64,000 nucleotides of DNA from assembly GCA_037447605.1 (NCBI GenBank), contig CM074808.1, positions 4,211,674 through 4,275,673 of the forward strand, in the 5' to 3' direction. The position numbers were made by a program, and so were the translations under genes. Shown one piece after another: positions 48,126 to 59,419 of the stretch. The notes under the pieces were generated by a model. The model worked only from the letters and a program-made list of their open reading frames with translations. It ran no database searches and was not told the origin of the DNA. Position 1 is the first letter of the stretch; each line of letters starts with the position of its first letter. The DNA is from Zygnema circumcarinatum SAG 698-1b. Its lineage: Eukaryota; Plantae; Zygnematophyceae.

Positions 48126-49315
48126 TGTTGTAGAAGTATATAGAGGGTACATTTCTTTGAGGAGCTTAAGGACCCTATACCACATGCCAATGGGGGTGTG
48201 CTTGAGTTGAGCCGAGCCCGCACTCACAACAGTGCTTCAGCCCCGGGAAATAGGAAACTGGGCAGTGCAAGCCGCATGTAAGTCAGGGCGCCCGAATCGT
48301 TGACTTCACCTCCAAAGAAAATCAGAAGTCCAATGCCTGGGCTTTCTCTATCTACGCTCTGTCTTGATCTGCTCCCCAGCTTTCCTTCGTGAACAGCTAC
48401 GCTAAGATGTCTACGACTTAGAGCCAGGCGGAGGCGATCTGTCGGGCCTGGTGGTTCCACCATGGAATTACCAGCAGCGCGAGAGCTGACGGAGACATTC
48501 GCATACCATTTTGATCTTCAAAGGAACTGACTTCAAGGACTGGCGGCGCACATGTGATTGTGGGCAGACCAACAACCTGGTCAGACGTGGACGGACCGCC
48601 AAGCCGCCGACGCCGGTCCGCACCACTGCGCCTTAACGAGCTATCACGTGACGATGAAGTGCTGAGTGAGGCCGCCCATCGCCTTGAGCGTTGACAGGGA
48701 ACCCCGCCAGATGCTTCTGAGCCTAATTTCCGCCACGAAATGTGGGCACAGCGCCCACACTTCCACCATCGACATCACCATCAAATTCGAGCTCTACGAT
48801 GAGCTGATGCAAATGAAGATGGCCCAGACCGAGGAGTTGACTACATACGTGATACGCTTCGACGAACTGATGGCGAAATTCGTTATTGCCAGGCAGCCTA
48901 TCGTCCAGGATCATCAAATTGTGAGCTTCCTCCGAGGTTTGCTGAGCCGGTTTGCACCAACTATCAACTCCCTGAAAACCCTGCTCGTCAAAAATACGCT
49001 TACTCTTGAGGAAGTGATAATGCGAGTGAGAGCGGAGGAGAGCACGATCAAAGGGACGAAGAGGTCCACCTCGGAGGACGTGATGGCGATCGACCAGCGG
49101 AGACCTCAGAAGAACAGTGGAGCGCCGGCACGACTTTGCAACTTTTGCAAACGCAAAGGTCACCTTGAATGAATGTCGAAACCAAGAAGGCTGCCCAGGA
49201 CCACCTACCCTCAGTGATCAGAGCAGGACGCGCAAAGACAAGGAGATCACCCCACAAGTGCGATATCCTGACACAGGCGTGGATCACCTAGTATGTACCC
49301 GCCCAGATGCGCGAG
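48126..49315 (+). mobile_element. Ty1/Copia 5' fragment: short LTR, leader and degenerate gag
   Basis: Candidate 106-bp LTR TGTTG..CAACA (48126-48231); KGTDFKDWRR (~48520); UBN2-type ELYDELMQMKM..YVIRFDELM..FLRGL..LTLEEVIMRVRAEE; knuckle CNFCKRKGH; cut by gap at 49316. Confidence 0.8.
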
Positions 49316-49415
49316 NNNNNNNNNNNNNNNNNNNNNNNNNNNNNNNNNNNNNNNNNNNNNNNNNNNNNNNNNNNNNNNNNNNNNNNNNNNNNNNNNNNNN
49401 NNNNNNNNNNNNNNN

Positions 49416-49870
49416 TGGTTTCGGCAAAATATTGGGCGAAAATATTGGGTAGCGAAAATATAAGGGTGTCCATGTTAACAATAGGCGGGCGGTATTAGGT
49501 TAGAGTTACTGTTTGTTCGTACGTATCGTATCGTATCGTACCGTATCGAAGCCACGAAGAAGAGGAGAGGAACGAGCGCCTCTTACGGCGGCACTTGCGG
49601 GAAGAGTCTTGAGCCCGTAACGGCTAGTACAGCTAGTACAGCTCGTAGGGTTAGTACAGTACGGCTAATACGGCTAGTACGAACCTTTAGGCTAGTACGG
49701 TAAGGTCAGTACGGCTAGTATGGTTCGTAAGGCTAGTACAGTACGAATAGTACGAACAGTACGGCTAGTAAGGCTAACACAGCCTTACCGTACAAAAAAG
49801 TGGTTTTGGCAAAATCAGGGCGAAAATATTGGGAAGCGAAAATAAGAGGGGCGAAAATATTGGGGGGGTC
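49416..49870 (+). repeat. Dispersed repeat family copy (inverse of 42280-42865)
   Basis: Flanked on both sides by tggttt.ggcaaaat..ggcgaaaatattggg; internal cgtat and ggctagtac repeats. Confidence 0.8.
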
Positions 49871-52800
49871 TACTGTACGGATAGTGTACGGTCAAGAGCG
49901 TCACTGTTAGCGAATTAATCATCAGTAGCTTGTGCCTCCGCTCGGCGCCAGCTGGAAGTCGTACGGACGATAGGTGCGGGTAACTTCAACGCGCGCCAGC
50001 TCACTGCCGTACGCGAGCCAGCTGGGAGATGCGCCGGATCGGACCACGGCTCCCGCCCGCCGACCGATCGACAGACCGACCGACAGACCGACAGACAGAC
50101 AAACAGACAGACAGTCATACAGGCAGGCCGACCGACCAACAGAGACAGCCAACCAGACAGAGACATACAGACATACCGACCGACCCACCAACAGTTAGAC
50201 AGACAGACAGAAAGACAGACAAACAGACAGACAGACAGACTGACTGACAGACGAACCGACCGACAGACCGACCGACAGATTGACCGACAGTCAAAGCCCA
50301 CAGAGAGGCAGGCAGGGGGCCCGGCGACGCGGGCGACGCTCGTACGGACCGTACTCGTCTGTCCTGCGCCACGCGAGAGCGTCGACTCGCATTCCAGTAC
50401 CGTCCGTACACTTCGGCAGCTTTAGCAGTCGCTGAGGCGCCGCGAATACAAATAGAACAAAAAACACCATACAAAAAACAAAACAGATGAGACAAATGAG
50501 AGAAATACGACAGAAGAGAGAGACTTCTCATATGCCACATCTCTGTTATCTGAGAGTAAAGGAAGTGGCATTGATCTCACGTTGAAGAGGCCATCAAATG
50601 TACACAGGAGATTTTAGGGTTTGTAGGGTTTTTAGGGTTTTTAGGGACCTAAAAACCCTAAAAACGCTGTATTGCAGCTGTCTTCTCCTCCTTTGCTCCC
50701 TAAAAACCCTAAAACTGATAACTGATACTTGAACTGTACAGGATGTGAAGAAGGCCGTTCGGCCTCTTCTGAAGCGCACGGACCTTTCAAAGTTCGTCCT
50801 TTAATTGATTTTGTGCCATCGCCATGGGAAGGACTGCTTGACGTTGACGTTCCCCTTGTACGAATTGAATTCTCGCAATCCCAATAACATGTCAACCATA
50901 TGATATGGTGTGCAGATGCACCATACTTTGGTATCTGAAAGTCCCGAACAACTCAGCAAACAACGACGGTCAATGAAACCACCAAGTCATAACCTAAACT
51001 TGATTAGTCGACGTCCACAGGTAGAAGAATATTGCATCGTCAAACTGTGCTGATATTATCCCCAATATGGAGCCTCTGATCATCCTATCAGCATGAATCA
51101 ATCAATTCCCTGTTTCATAGCCAATGATTGACATCTTTGGAATTTGGTGAGCTAAAAATCCTAAAACTCGGTATTGCTGGCAATACCTATGTACCTGCCT
51201 TGATTCATTTGGCTAGTAAGGTTTCTCCATTGTCTGCAAGGCAATTTTAGAATTCTCAGGGCAGAGGGTTTTTAGGGTTTTTAGGGATAGAAAAAGCATT
51301 AACCATATGGTTAACCATCTGGTCGAGGCCTTGTTGCTAACCATTTGCACGAGGCGGTGACTGACTAAACAAGAGCCAGCTAAGGCGCAAAAAAAGCCTC
51401 AACCATACGGTTGACCATCTGGTTGAGGCTAAAAGATGACCAGTCCAAGCCACACACAAACGACAAATGATGGCATCCCTCCCAGTCCAAGCCTTTCACA
51501 AAACAAAAGATGGCATCCCACACACAAAACGACAAAAGATGGCATCCATCCCAATCCGACTTAACATGACGACAAAAGATGGCATCCTTTCAGTCCAAGC
51601 CCTTCACAAAACGACAGACGATAGCATCCCTAACAATCTAAGAATTTCACAAAACGACAAAATATGGGGAAAGAGGGGAAAGAGGGGAAAGAGGGGAAAG
51701 ATGGGAAAGAGGGAAAAAGAGGGGAAAGAGGAGAAAGAGGGAAAAGACGGAAAAGAGGGGAAAGAGGGCAAGGAGGGGAAAGAGGGAAAGAGGGAAAAGA
51801 GGGGANNNNNNNNNNGAAAATATTGGGGGGGTCTACTGTACGGATAGTGTACGGTCAAGAGCGTCACTGTTAGCGAATTAATCATCAGTAGCTTGTGCCT
51901 CCGCTCGGCGCCAGCTGGAAGTCGTACGGACGATAGGTGCGGGTAACTTCAACGCGCGCCAGCTCACTGCCGTACGCGAGCCAGCTGGGAGATGCGCCGG
52001 ATCGGACCACGGCTCCCGCCCGCCGACCGATCGACAGACCGACCGACAGACCGACAGACAGACAAACAGACAGACAGTCATACAGGCAGGCCGACCGACC
52101 AACAGAGACAGCCAACCAGACAGAGACATACAGACATACCGACCGACCCACCAACAGTTAGACAGACAGACAGAAAGACAGACAAACAGACAGACAGACA
52201 GACTGACTGACAGACGAACCGACCGACAGACCGACCGACAGATTGACCGACAGTCAAAGCCCACAGAGAGGCAGGCAGGGGGCCCGGCGACGCGGGCGAC
52301 GCTCGTACGGACCGTACTCGTCTGTCCTGCGCCACGCGAGAGCGTCGACTCGCATTCCAGTACCGTCCGTACACTTCGGCAGCTTTAGCAGTCGCTGAGG
52401 CGCCGCGAATACAAATAGAACAAAAAACACCATACAAAAAACAAAACAGATGAGACAAATGAGAGAAATACGACAGAAGAGAGAGACTTCTCATATGCCA
52501 CATCTCTGTTATCTGAGAGTAAAGGAAGTGGCATTGATCTCACGTTGAAGAGGCCATCAAATGTACACAGGAGATTTTAGGGTTTGTAGGGTTTTTAGGG
52601 TTTTTAGGGACCTAAAAACCCTAAAAACGCTGTATTGCAGCTGTCTTCTCCTCCTTTGCTCCCTAAAAACCCTAAAACTGATAACTGATACTTGAACTGT
52701 ACAGGATGTGAAGAAGGCCGTTCGGCCTCTTCTGAAGCGCACGGACCTTTCAAAGTTCGTCCTTTAATTGATTTTGTGCCATCGCCATGGGAAGGACTGC

Positions 52801-53765
52801 TTGACGTTGACGTTCCCCTTGTACGAATTGAATTCTCGCAATCCCAATAACATGTCAACCATATGATATGGTGTGCAGATGCACCATACTTTGGTATCTG
52901 AAAGTCCCGAACAACTCAGCAAACAACGACGGTCAATGAAACCACCAAGTCATAACCTAAACTTGATTAGTCGACGTCCACAGGTAGAAGAATATTGCAT
53001 CGTCAAACTGTGCTGATATTATCCCCAATATGGAGCCTCTGATCATCCTATCAGCATGAATCAATCAATTCCCTGTTTCATAGCCAATGATTGACATCTT
53101 TGGAATTTGGTGGCTAAAAATCTAAAATTTGGTATTGCTGGCAAATGCTATATACCTTGCTTGATTCATTTGGCTAGTAAGGTTTCTCCATTGTCTGCAA
53201 GGCAATTTTAGAATTCTCAGGGCAGAGGGTTTTTAGGGTTTTTAGGGATAGAAAAAGCATTAACCATATGGTTAACCATCTGGTCGAGGCCTTGTTGCTA
53301 ACCATTTGCACGAGGCGGTGACTGACTAAACAAGAGCCAGCTAAGGCGCAAAAAAGCTCAATCCATACGGTTGACCATCTGGTTGAGGCTAAAAGATGAC
53401 CAGTCCAAGCCACACACAAACGACAAATGATGGCATCCCTCCCAGTCCAAGCCTTTCACAAAACAAAAGATGGCATCCCACACACAAAACGACAAAAGAT
53501 GGCATCCATCCCAATCCGACTTAACATGACGACAAAAGATGGCATCCTTTCAGTCCAAGCCCTTCACAAAACGACAGACGATAGCATCCCTAACAATCTA
53601 AGAATTTCACAAAACGACAAAATATGGGGAAAGAGGGGAAAGAGGGGAAAGAGGGGAAAGATGGGAAAGAGGGAAAAAGAGGGGAAAGAGGAGAAAGAGG
53701 GAAAAGACGGAAAAGAGGGGAAAGAGGGCAAGGAGGGGAAAGAGGGAAAGAGGGAAAAGAGGGGA
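49853..53765 (+). repeat. ~1.96-kb tandem duplication (49853-51805 and 51816-53765) across a 10-N gap
   Basis: Identical ORF translations at a 1960-1963 bp offset; each unit has a GC-rich segment, GACA microsatellite, inverted telomere repeats, GATGGCATCC repeats and AAGAGGGGA repeats; local differences around 51130-51420 vs 53100-53380. Confidence 0.9.
50612..50664. repeat. Head-to-head telomeric repeats (also at 52575-52627)
   Basis: ttttagggtttgtagggtttttagggttttttaggg-a-cctaaaaaccctaaaaa. Confidence 0.85.
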
Positions 53766-54499
53766 AAGAGGGCAAAGAGGGCAAAGAGGGCCAAGAGGGC
53801 AAAGAAGGAAAAGTGGGAAAGTGGGAGAGGGAGGGGAGACAAAACGAGGGAGAGGAGGAAAGAGGAGAAAGAGAAAACAGAGAGAGATGAAGAGGGGAAA
53901 GAGAAAAGTGAGGGAGGGAGGGAAAGGGAGGGAGAAGGGATAAAAAGATAAAGAAAGAGGAAAAGAGGGCAACAAGGAGAAATGAGGGAGAAGGAAAGAG
54001 GGGGAAAGATGTTCCAGCGGACAGCAATGTGTTTAACGTTGTGCAATTGACTGGAAGATGTTTTTTTTGCCATCATGTGACCACTGCCAGAAACAGAATT
54101 GATGAAGGATACCCGCCCAATTAGCGCATTGATACTCTTCCTCGTGAAATGAAGACAAAGATAATTCTCATGTGAACAGTTGCATTTTCACCAAGTTATC
54201 GACGATACTTGAAGTTTCGAGCTTTTCATCTTTATCTTCAGCGGTGTTCTAACTGAGTCCATGCGTTGTTTCCTCTGACTATAGTAGCATTCTTTTTTTT
54301 GTTACGCACTCTAGACCCTGCTGGCAATCTTCAAGATAGGGCGCAGTCTGATGAACGAGGCAGAGCAATGTGCAACGAGGCTTTAATCATTCACCAAACT
54401 CATCCAGGCCACGTGTTTGAAGACTAATCACGATTCACTATTCATGATTATTCACAAGCTGGAAAGTGCTCCAACACAAATACCTTGTTCTATTGAGTG

Positions 54500-55108
54500 C
54501 ACTGCTTCTTACATTACGCCACAGACAGGTCCGTTGTTCTGCAGGGCCCGCACTCGCCCCTGCCTAGGTCGCCTGGCTTCGGTAAGTCGCCTTTAGGCAT
54601 CAAATCTAGCCTCTGCTTCTGGCCAGCCTGCACTTTCCCTCCCTCACTTGCTGCGTCGGTGTGCTCAACAACTGCCTCCAGGGTCATCAATGTCCACTGC
54701 CCGCTTCCAAATGTGTTGTATACCAGAGTGTTCTCTCCACCTGCAGAACCCTTCTTCATTAGTGGCCCATGAAACCTATCTTACGAACATCATAAGTTTT
54801 GAATGTTTTGTAGCTTAAGGAAACAAAAACAATAACTTACGAGGGTTGGAACCCCACACGATTGATGAATGCTGTCTCCCGCCACCATGAAACCAATCTT
54901 GCCGGAACATCGACCTTCAGTACAGACAGGTGATGGGCAAGCTGCGGCGAGGAGTAGACCTTACCTCCCACGCGCAGGCTTCTGAGGTGCAAGCTGCCAC
55001 TGCCGCGGCTGCCCTCCAATGGCAGCGAAATAGAGACGGATCTCCGGCTCGACGCAACGGCCAGGGTGGCTGTGTACCACGGGCCCACGTGCAGAGGCTC
55101 TCCTAGGG
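54500..55108 (-). other. Orphan exon-like coding segments of an unidentified protein
   Basis: AG..GT-bounded stop-free exon 54841-55108 (..YTATLAVASSRRSVSISLPL..LKVDVPARLVSWWRETAFINRVGFQP) and a second open segment 54514-54745; family not recognised. Confidence 0.35.
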
Positions 55109-55456
55109 CTGTTTGCAGGTTTGTGCTCTTCAGGGCTCTCACCCTAGACTCGCTGCAGCTTGAAACATCCATTTGTAGTTAGCATGGTATCTACGCACAC
55201 ACCATGCAATTTATAGTGTAAAAATCCCATCAATAATTTTTCACGGCATAGGAATAGAAAAATGGTGAAAACGTGACTTCGACAAGGACCAGGATGGCTG
55301 CAGTAACCGCTTGCCCACTATAGCTAAGAAAGAAGGATTAGTAAAATCCTAATACTAAAAACACGGTAGTAGCAAGTTACTACGGTATGTGACAGCAGCC
55401 AAACCTCAGTAAGCAGAGAGGTGGAAAGACGCAACTACTTCAACGAAAAGGCTTGG

Positions 55457-55511
55457 TTTTTAGGGTTTTTAGGGTTTTTAGGGTTTTTTAGGGTTTTTAG
55501 GGTTTTTAGGG
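55457..55511 (+). repeat. Interstitial (TTTTTAGGG)n tract, six units
   Basis: tttttaggg repeated six times (one unit has six T), fused directly to the pyrimidine array. Confidence 0.92.
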
Positions 55512-55512
55512 T

Positions 55513-58500
55513 CTTCTCTCTTCTCTCTTCTCTCCACTCTCTTCTCTCTTCTCTCTTCTCTCTTCTCTCTTCTCTCTTCTCCCTCTTCTCTCGTCTCTCT
55601 TCTCTTCTCTCTTCTCTCTTCTCTCTTCTCTTCTCTCTTCTTTCTTCTCTCTTCTCTCCTCTCTTCTCTCTTCTCTCTTCTCTCTTCTCTCTTCTCTTCT
55701 CTCTTCTCTCTTCTCTCTTCTCTTCTCTCTTCTCTCTCTTCTCTCCTCTCTTCTCTCTTCTCTCTTCTCTTTTCTCTCTACTCTCTTCTCTCTTCTCTCT
55801 TCTCTCTTCTCTCTTCTCTCTTCTCTCTTCTCTCTTCTCTCTTCTCTCGTCTCTCTTCTCTCTACTTTCTTCTCTCTTCCCTCTTCTCTCTTCTCTCTTC
55901 TCTCGTCTCTGTTCTCTCTACTTTCTTCTCTCTTCTCTCTTCTCACTTTCTTCTCCTCTCTTCACTTTTCGCTCTTCTCTCTTCTCTTCTCTCTTCTCTC
56001 TTCTCTCCTCTATCTTCTCTCTTCTCTCTTCTCTCTTCTCTTCTCTCTTCTCTCTTATCTCGTCTCTCTTCTCTTTTCTCTCTTCTCTCTTCTCTCTTCT
56101 CTTCTCTCTTCTCTCTTCTCTTTTCTCTCTTCTCTCTTCTCTCTTTTCTCTTTTCTCTCCTCTCTTCTCTCTTCTCTCTTCTCTCTTCTCTTCTCTCTTC
56201 TCTCTTCTCTCTTCTCTCTTCTCTCTTCTCTCTTCTCTCTTCTCGTCTCTCTTCTCTTCTCTCTTCTCTCCTCTCTTCTCTCTTATCTCTTCTCTCTTCT
56301 CTCTTCTCTCTTCTCTCTTCTCTCTTCTCTCTTATCTCGTCTCTCTTCTCTTTTCTCTCTTCTCTCTTCTCTCTTCTCTCTTCTCTCTTCTCTCCTCTCT
56401 CTTCTCTCTTCTCTCTTCTCTCTTTTCTCTTCTCTCTTCTCTTTTTTCTCTTCTCTCTTCTCTCTTCTCTCTTCTCTCTTCTCTCTTCTCTCTCTCTTCT
56501 CTCTTCTCTCTTCTCTCTTCTCTCCACTCTCTTCTCTCCACTCTCTTCTCTTCTCTCTTCTCTCTTCTCTCCACTCTCTTCTCTCTTCTCTCTTCTCTCT
56601 TTCTTGTCCTCTCGTCTCTTTTCTCTCTTCTCTCGTCTCTTCTCTCTTCTCTCTTCTCTTTTCTCTCTTCTCTCTTCTCTCTTCTCTCTTCTCTCTTCTC
56701 TCTACTCTCTTCTCTATTCTCTTCTCTCTTCTCTCTTCTCTCTTCTCTCTTCTCTTTTCTCTCTTCTCTTTTCTCTCTTCTCTCTTCTCTCTTCTCTTCT
56801 CTCTTCTTGCTTCTCTTCTCTCTTCTCTCCTCTCTCCTCTCTCCTCTCTTCTCTCTTCTCTCTTCTATCTTCTCTCTTCTCTTCTCTCTTCTCTCTTCTC
56901 TCTTCTCTCTCTCTCTCTTCTCTCTTCTCTCTTCTCTCTTCTCTCTCTCTCCTCTCTTCTCTCTCTCTCTCTTCTCTCTTCTCTCTTCTCTCTCTCTCTT
57001 TTCTCTTCTCTTCTCTCTCTCTCTTCTCTCCTCTCTCTTCTCTCTTCTCTCTCTCTCTCGTCTCTCTTCTCTTTTCTCTCTTCTCTCTTCTCTCTTCTCT
57101 CTTCTCTTCTCTCTTCTCTCTTCTCTCTTTCTCTCTCTTCTCTCTCTCTTCTCTCTTCTCTTTTCTCTCTTCTCTCTTCTCTCTTTTTCTCTCCTCTCTT
57201 CTCTCTTCTCTCTTCTCTCTTCTCTTCTCTCTTCTCTCTTCTCTCTTCTCTCTTCTCTCTCTCCTCTTTTCTCTCTTCTCTCTTCTCTCTTCTCTCTTCT
57301 CTCCTCTCTTCTCTCTTATCTCTTCTCCCTTCTCTCTTCTCTCTTCTCTCTTCTCTCTTCTCTCTTCACTCTTATCTCGTCTCTCTTCTCTTTTCTCTCT
57401 TCTCTCTTCTCTCTTCTCTCTTCTCTCTTCTCTCCTCTCTCTTCTCTCTTCTCTCGTCTCTCTTTTCTCTTCTCTCTTCTCTTTTTTCTCTTCTCTCTCT
57501 TCTCTCTTCTCTCTTCTCTCTTCTCTCTCTCTTCTCTCTTCTCTCTTCTCTCTTCTCTCCACTCTCTTCTCTCTTCTCTCTTCTCTCTTTCTTGTCCTCT
57601 CTTCTCTTTTCTCTCTTCTCTCGTCTCTTCTCTCTTCTCTTCTCTCTTCTCTCTTCTCTCTTCTCTCTTCTCTCTTCTCTCCACTCTCTTCTCTCCACTC
57701 TCTTCTCTTCTCTCTTCTCTCTTCTCTCCACTCTCTTCTCTCTTCTCTCTTCTCTCTTTCTTGTCCTCTCTTCTCTTTTCTCTCTTCTCTCGTCTCTTCT
57801 CTCCCCTCTCTTTTCTCTCTTCTCTCTTCTTTTCTCTCTTCTCTCTTCTCTCTTCTCTTCTCTCTTCTCTCTCTTCTCTCTTCTCTCCTCTCTCTCTTCT
57901 CTCTTCTCTCTTCTCTCTTCTCTCTTCTCTCTTCTCTCTTCTCTCTTCTCTCTTCTCTCTTCTATCTTCTCTCTTCTCTCTTCTCTCCTCTCTTCTCTCT
58001 CTTCTCTCTTCTCTCTTCTCTCTTCTCTCTTCTCTCTTCTCTCTTCTCTCTTCTCTCCTCTCTCTTCTCTCTTCTCTCTTCTCTCTTCTCTCTTCTCTCT
58101 TCTCTCTTCTCTCTTCTCTCTTCTCTTTTCTCTCTTCTCTCTCTTCTCTCTTCTCTCTTCTCTCTTCTCTCTTCTCTCTTCTCTCTTCTCTCCTCTCTCT
58201 TCTCTCTTCTCTCTTCTCTCTTTTCTCTTCTCTCTTCTCTTTTTTCTCTTCTCTTTTCTCTCTTCTCTCTTCTCTCTTCTCTCTTCTCTTCTCTCTTCTC
58301 TCTTCTCTCTTCTCTCTTCTCTCTTCTCTCCACTCTCTTCTCTCCACTCTCTTCTCTTCTCTCTTCTCTCTTCTCTCCACTCTCTTCTCTCTTCTCTCTT
58401 CTCTCTTTCTTGTCCTCTCTTCTCTTTTCTCTCTTCTCTCGTCTCTTCTCTCTTCTCTCTTCTCTCTTCTCTTTTCTCTCTTCTCTCTTCTCTCTTCTCT

Positions 58501-59371
58501 TCTCTCTTCTTGCTTCTCTTCTCTCTTCTCTCCTCTCTCCTCTCTCCTCTCTTCTCTCTTCTCTCTTCTATCTTCTCTCTTCTCTTCTCTCTTCTCTCTT
58601 CTCTCTTCTCTTCTCTCTTCTCTCTTCTATCTTCTCTCTTCTCTCTTCTCTCCTCTCTTCTCTCTTCTCTCTTCTCTCTTCTCTCTTCTCACTTCTCTCT
58701 TTTCTCTTCTCTCTTCTCTCTTCTCTCTTCTCTCCTCTCTCGTCTCTCTTCTCTCTTCTCTTCTCTCTTCTCTTCTCTCTTCTCTCTTATCTCGTCTCTC
58801 TTCTCTCTTCTCTCTTCTCTCTTCTCTTCTCTCTTCTCTCTTCTCTCTTCTCTCCTCTCTTCTCTTCTCTCTTCTCTCTTCTCTTCTCTTTTCTCTCTTC
58901 TCTCTTCTCTCTTTTCTCTTCTCTCTTCTCTCTCCTCTCTTCTCTTCTCTCTTCTCTCTTCTCTCTTCTCTCTTCTCTCTTCTCTCTTCTCTCTTCTCTC
59001 TTCTCTCTTCTCTCTTCTCTCTTCTCTCTTCTCTTCTCTCTTCTCTCTTCTCTCTTCTCTCTTCTCTCTTCTCTCTTCTCTCTTCTCTCTTCTCGTCTCT
59101 CTTCTCTTCTCTCTTCTCTCCTCTCGTCTCTCTTATCTCTTCTCTCTTCTCTCTTCTCTCTTCTCTCTTTTCTCTTATCTCGTCTCTCTTCTCTTTTCTC
59201 TCTTCTCTCTTCTCTCTTCTGTCTTCTCTCTTCTCTCCTCTCTCTTCTCTCTTCTCTCTTCTCTCCTCTCTTCTCTCTCTCCTCTTCTCTCCTCTCTCTT
59301 CTCTCTTATACTCTTCTCTCTTCTCTCTTCTCTCTTCTCTCTTCTCTCTTCTCTCTTCTCTCTTCTCTCTT
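55513..59371 (-). repeat. 3.9-kb polypyrimidine (plus strand) array, unit CTTCTCT, opposite orientation to the 43.5-47.8 kb array
   Basis: Near-pure C/T plus strand; the landmark ctccactctcttctctccactctc recurs at ~56520, 57680, 58330. Confidence 0.95.
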
Positions 59372-59419
59372 CGAATCCGGTTGACCCTATAAAATGCGCC
59401 CGTCACGTCTAAGGGTGGA

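Noticed and set aside
49915-50540. ORFs rich in VCLS or DRQT
   Set aside because: Translations of the GACA microsatellite.
51465-51630. GATGGCATCC repeats with variable spacers resembling a CRISPR array
   Set aside because: Repeats are only ~10-13 bp, spacers are related to each other, there are no cas genes, and the context is eukaryotic.
51467-51847. K/E/G-rich ORF (and its copy at 53427-53951)
   Set aside because: Translation of AAGAGGGGA-type repeats; no domain signal.
55421-59412. 1323-aa and other S/L/F or R/E/K ORFs
   Set aside because: Same artefact from the second array.
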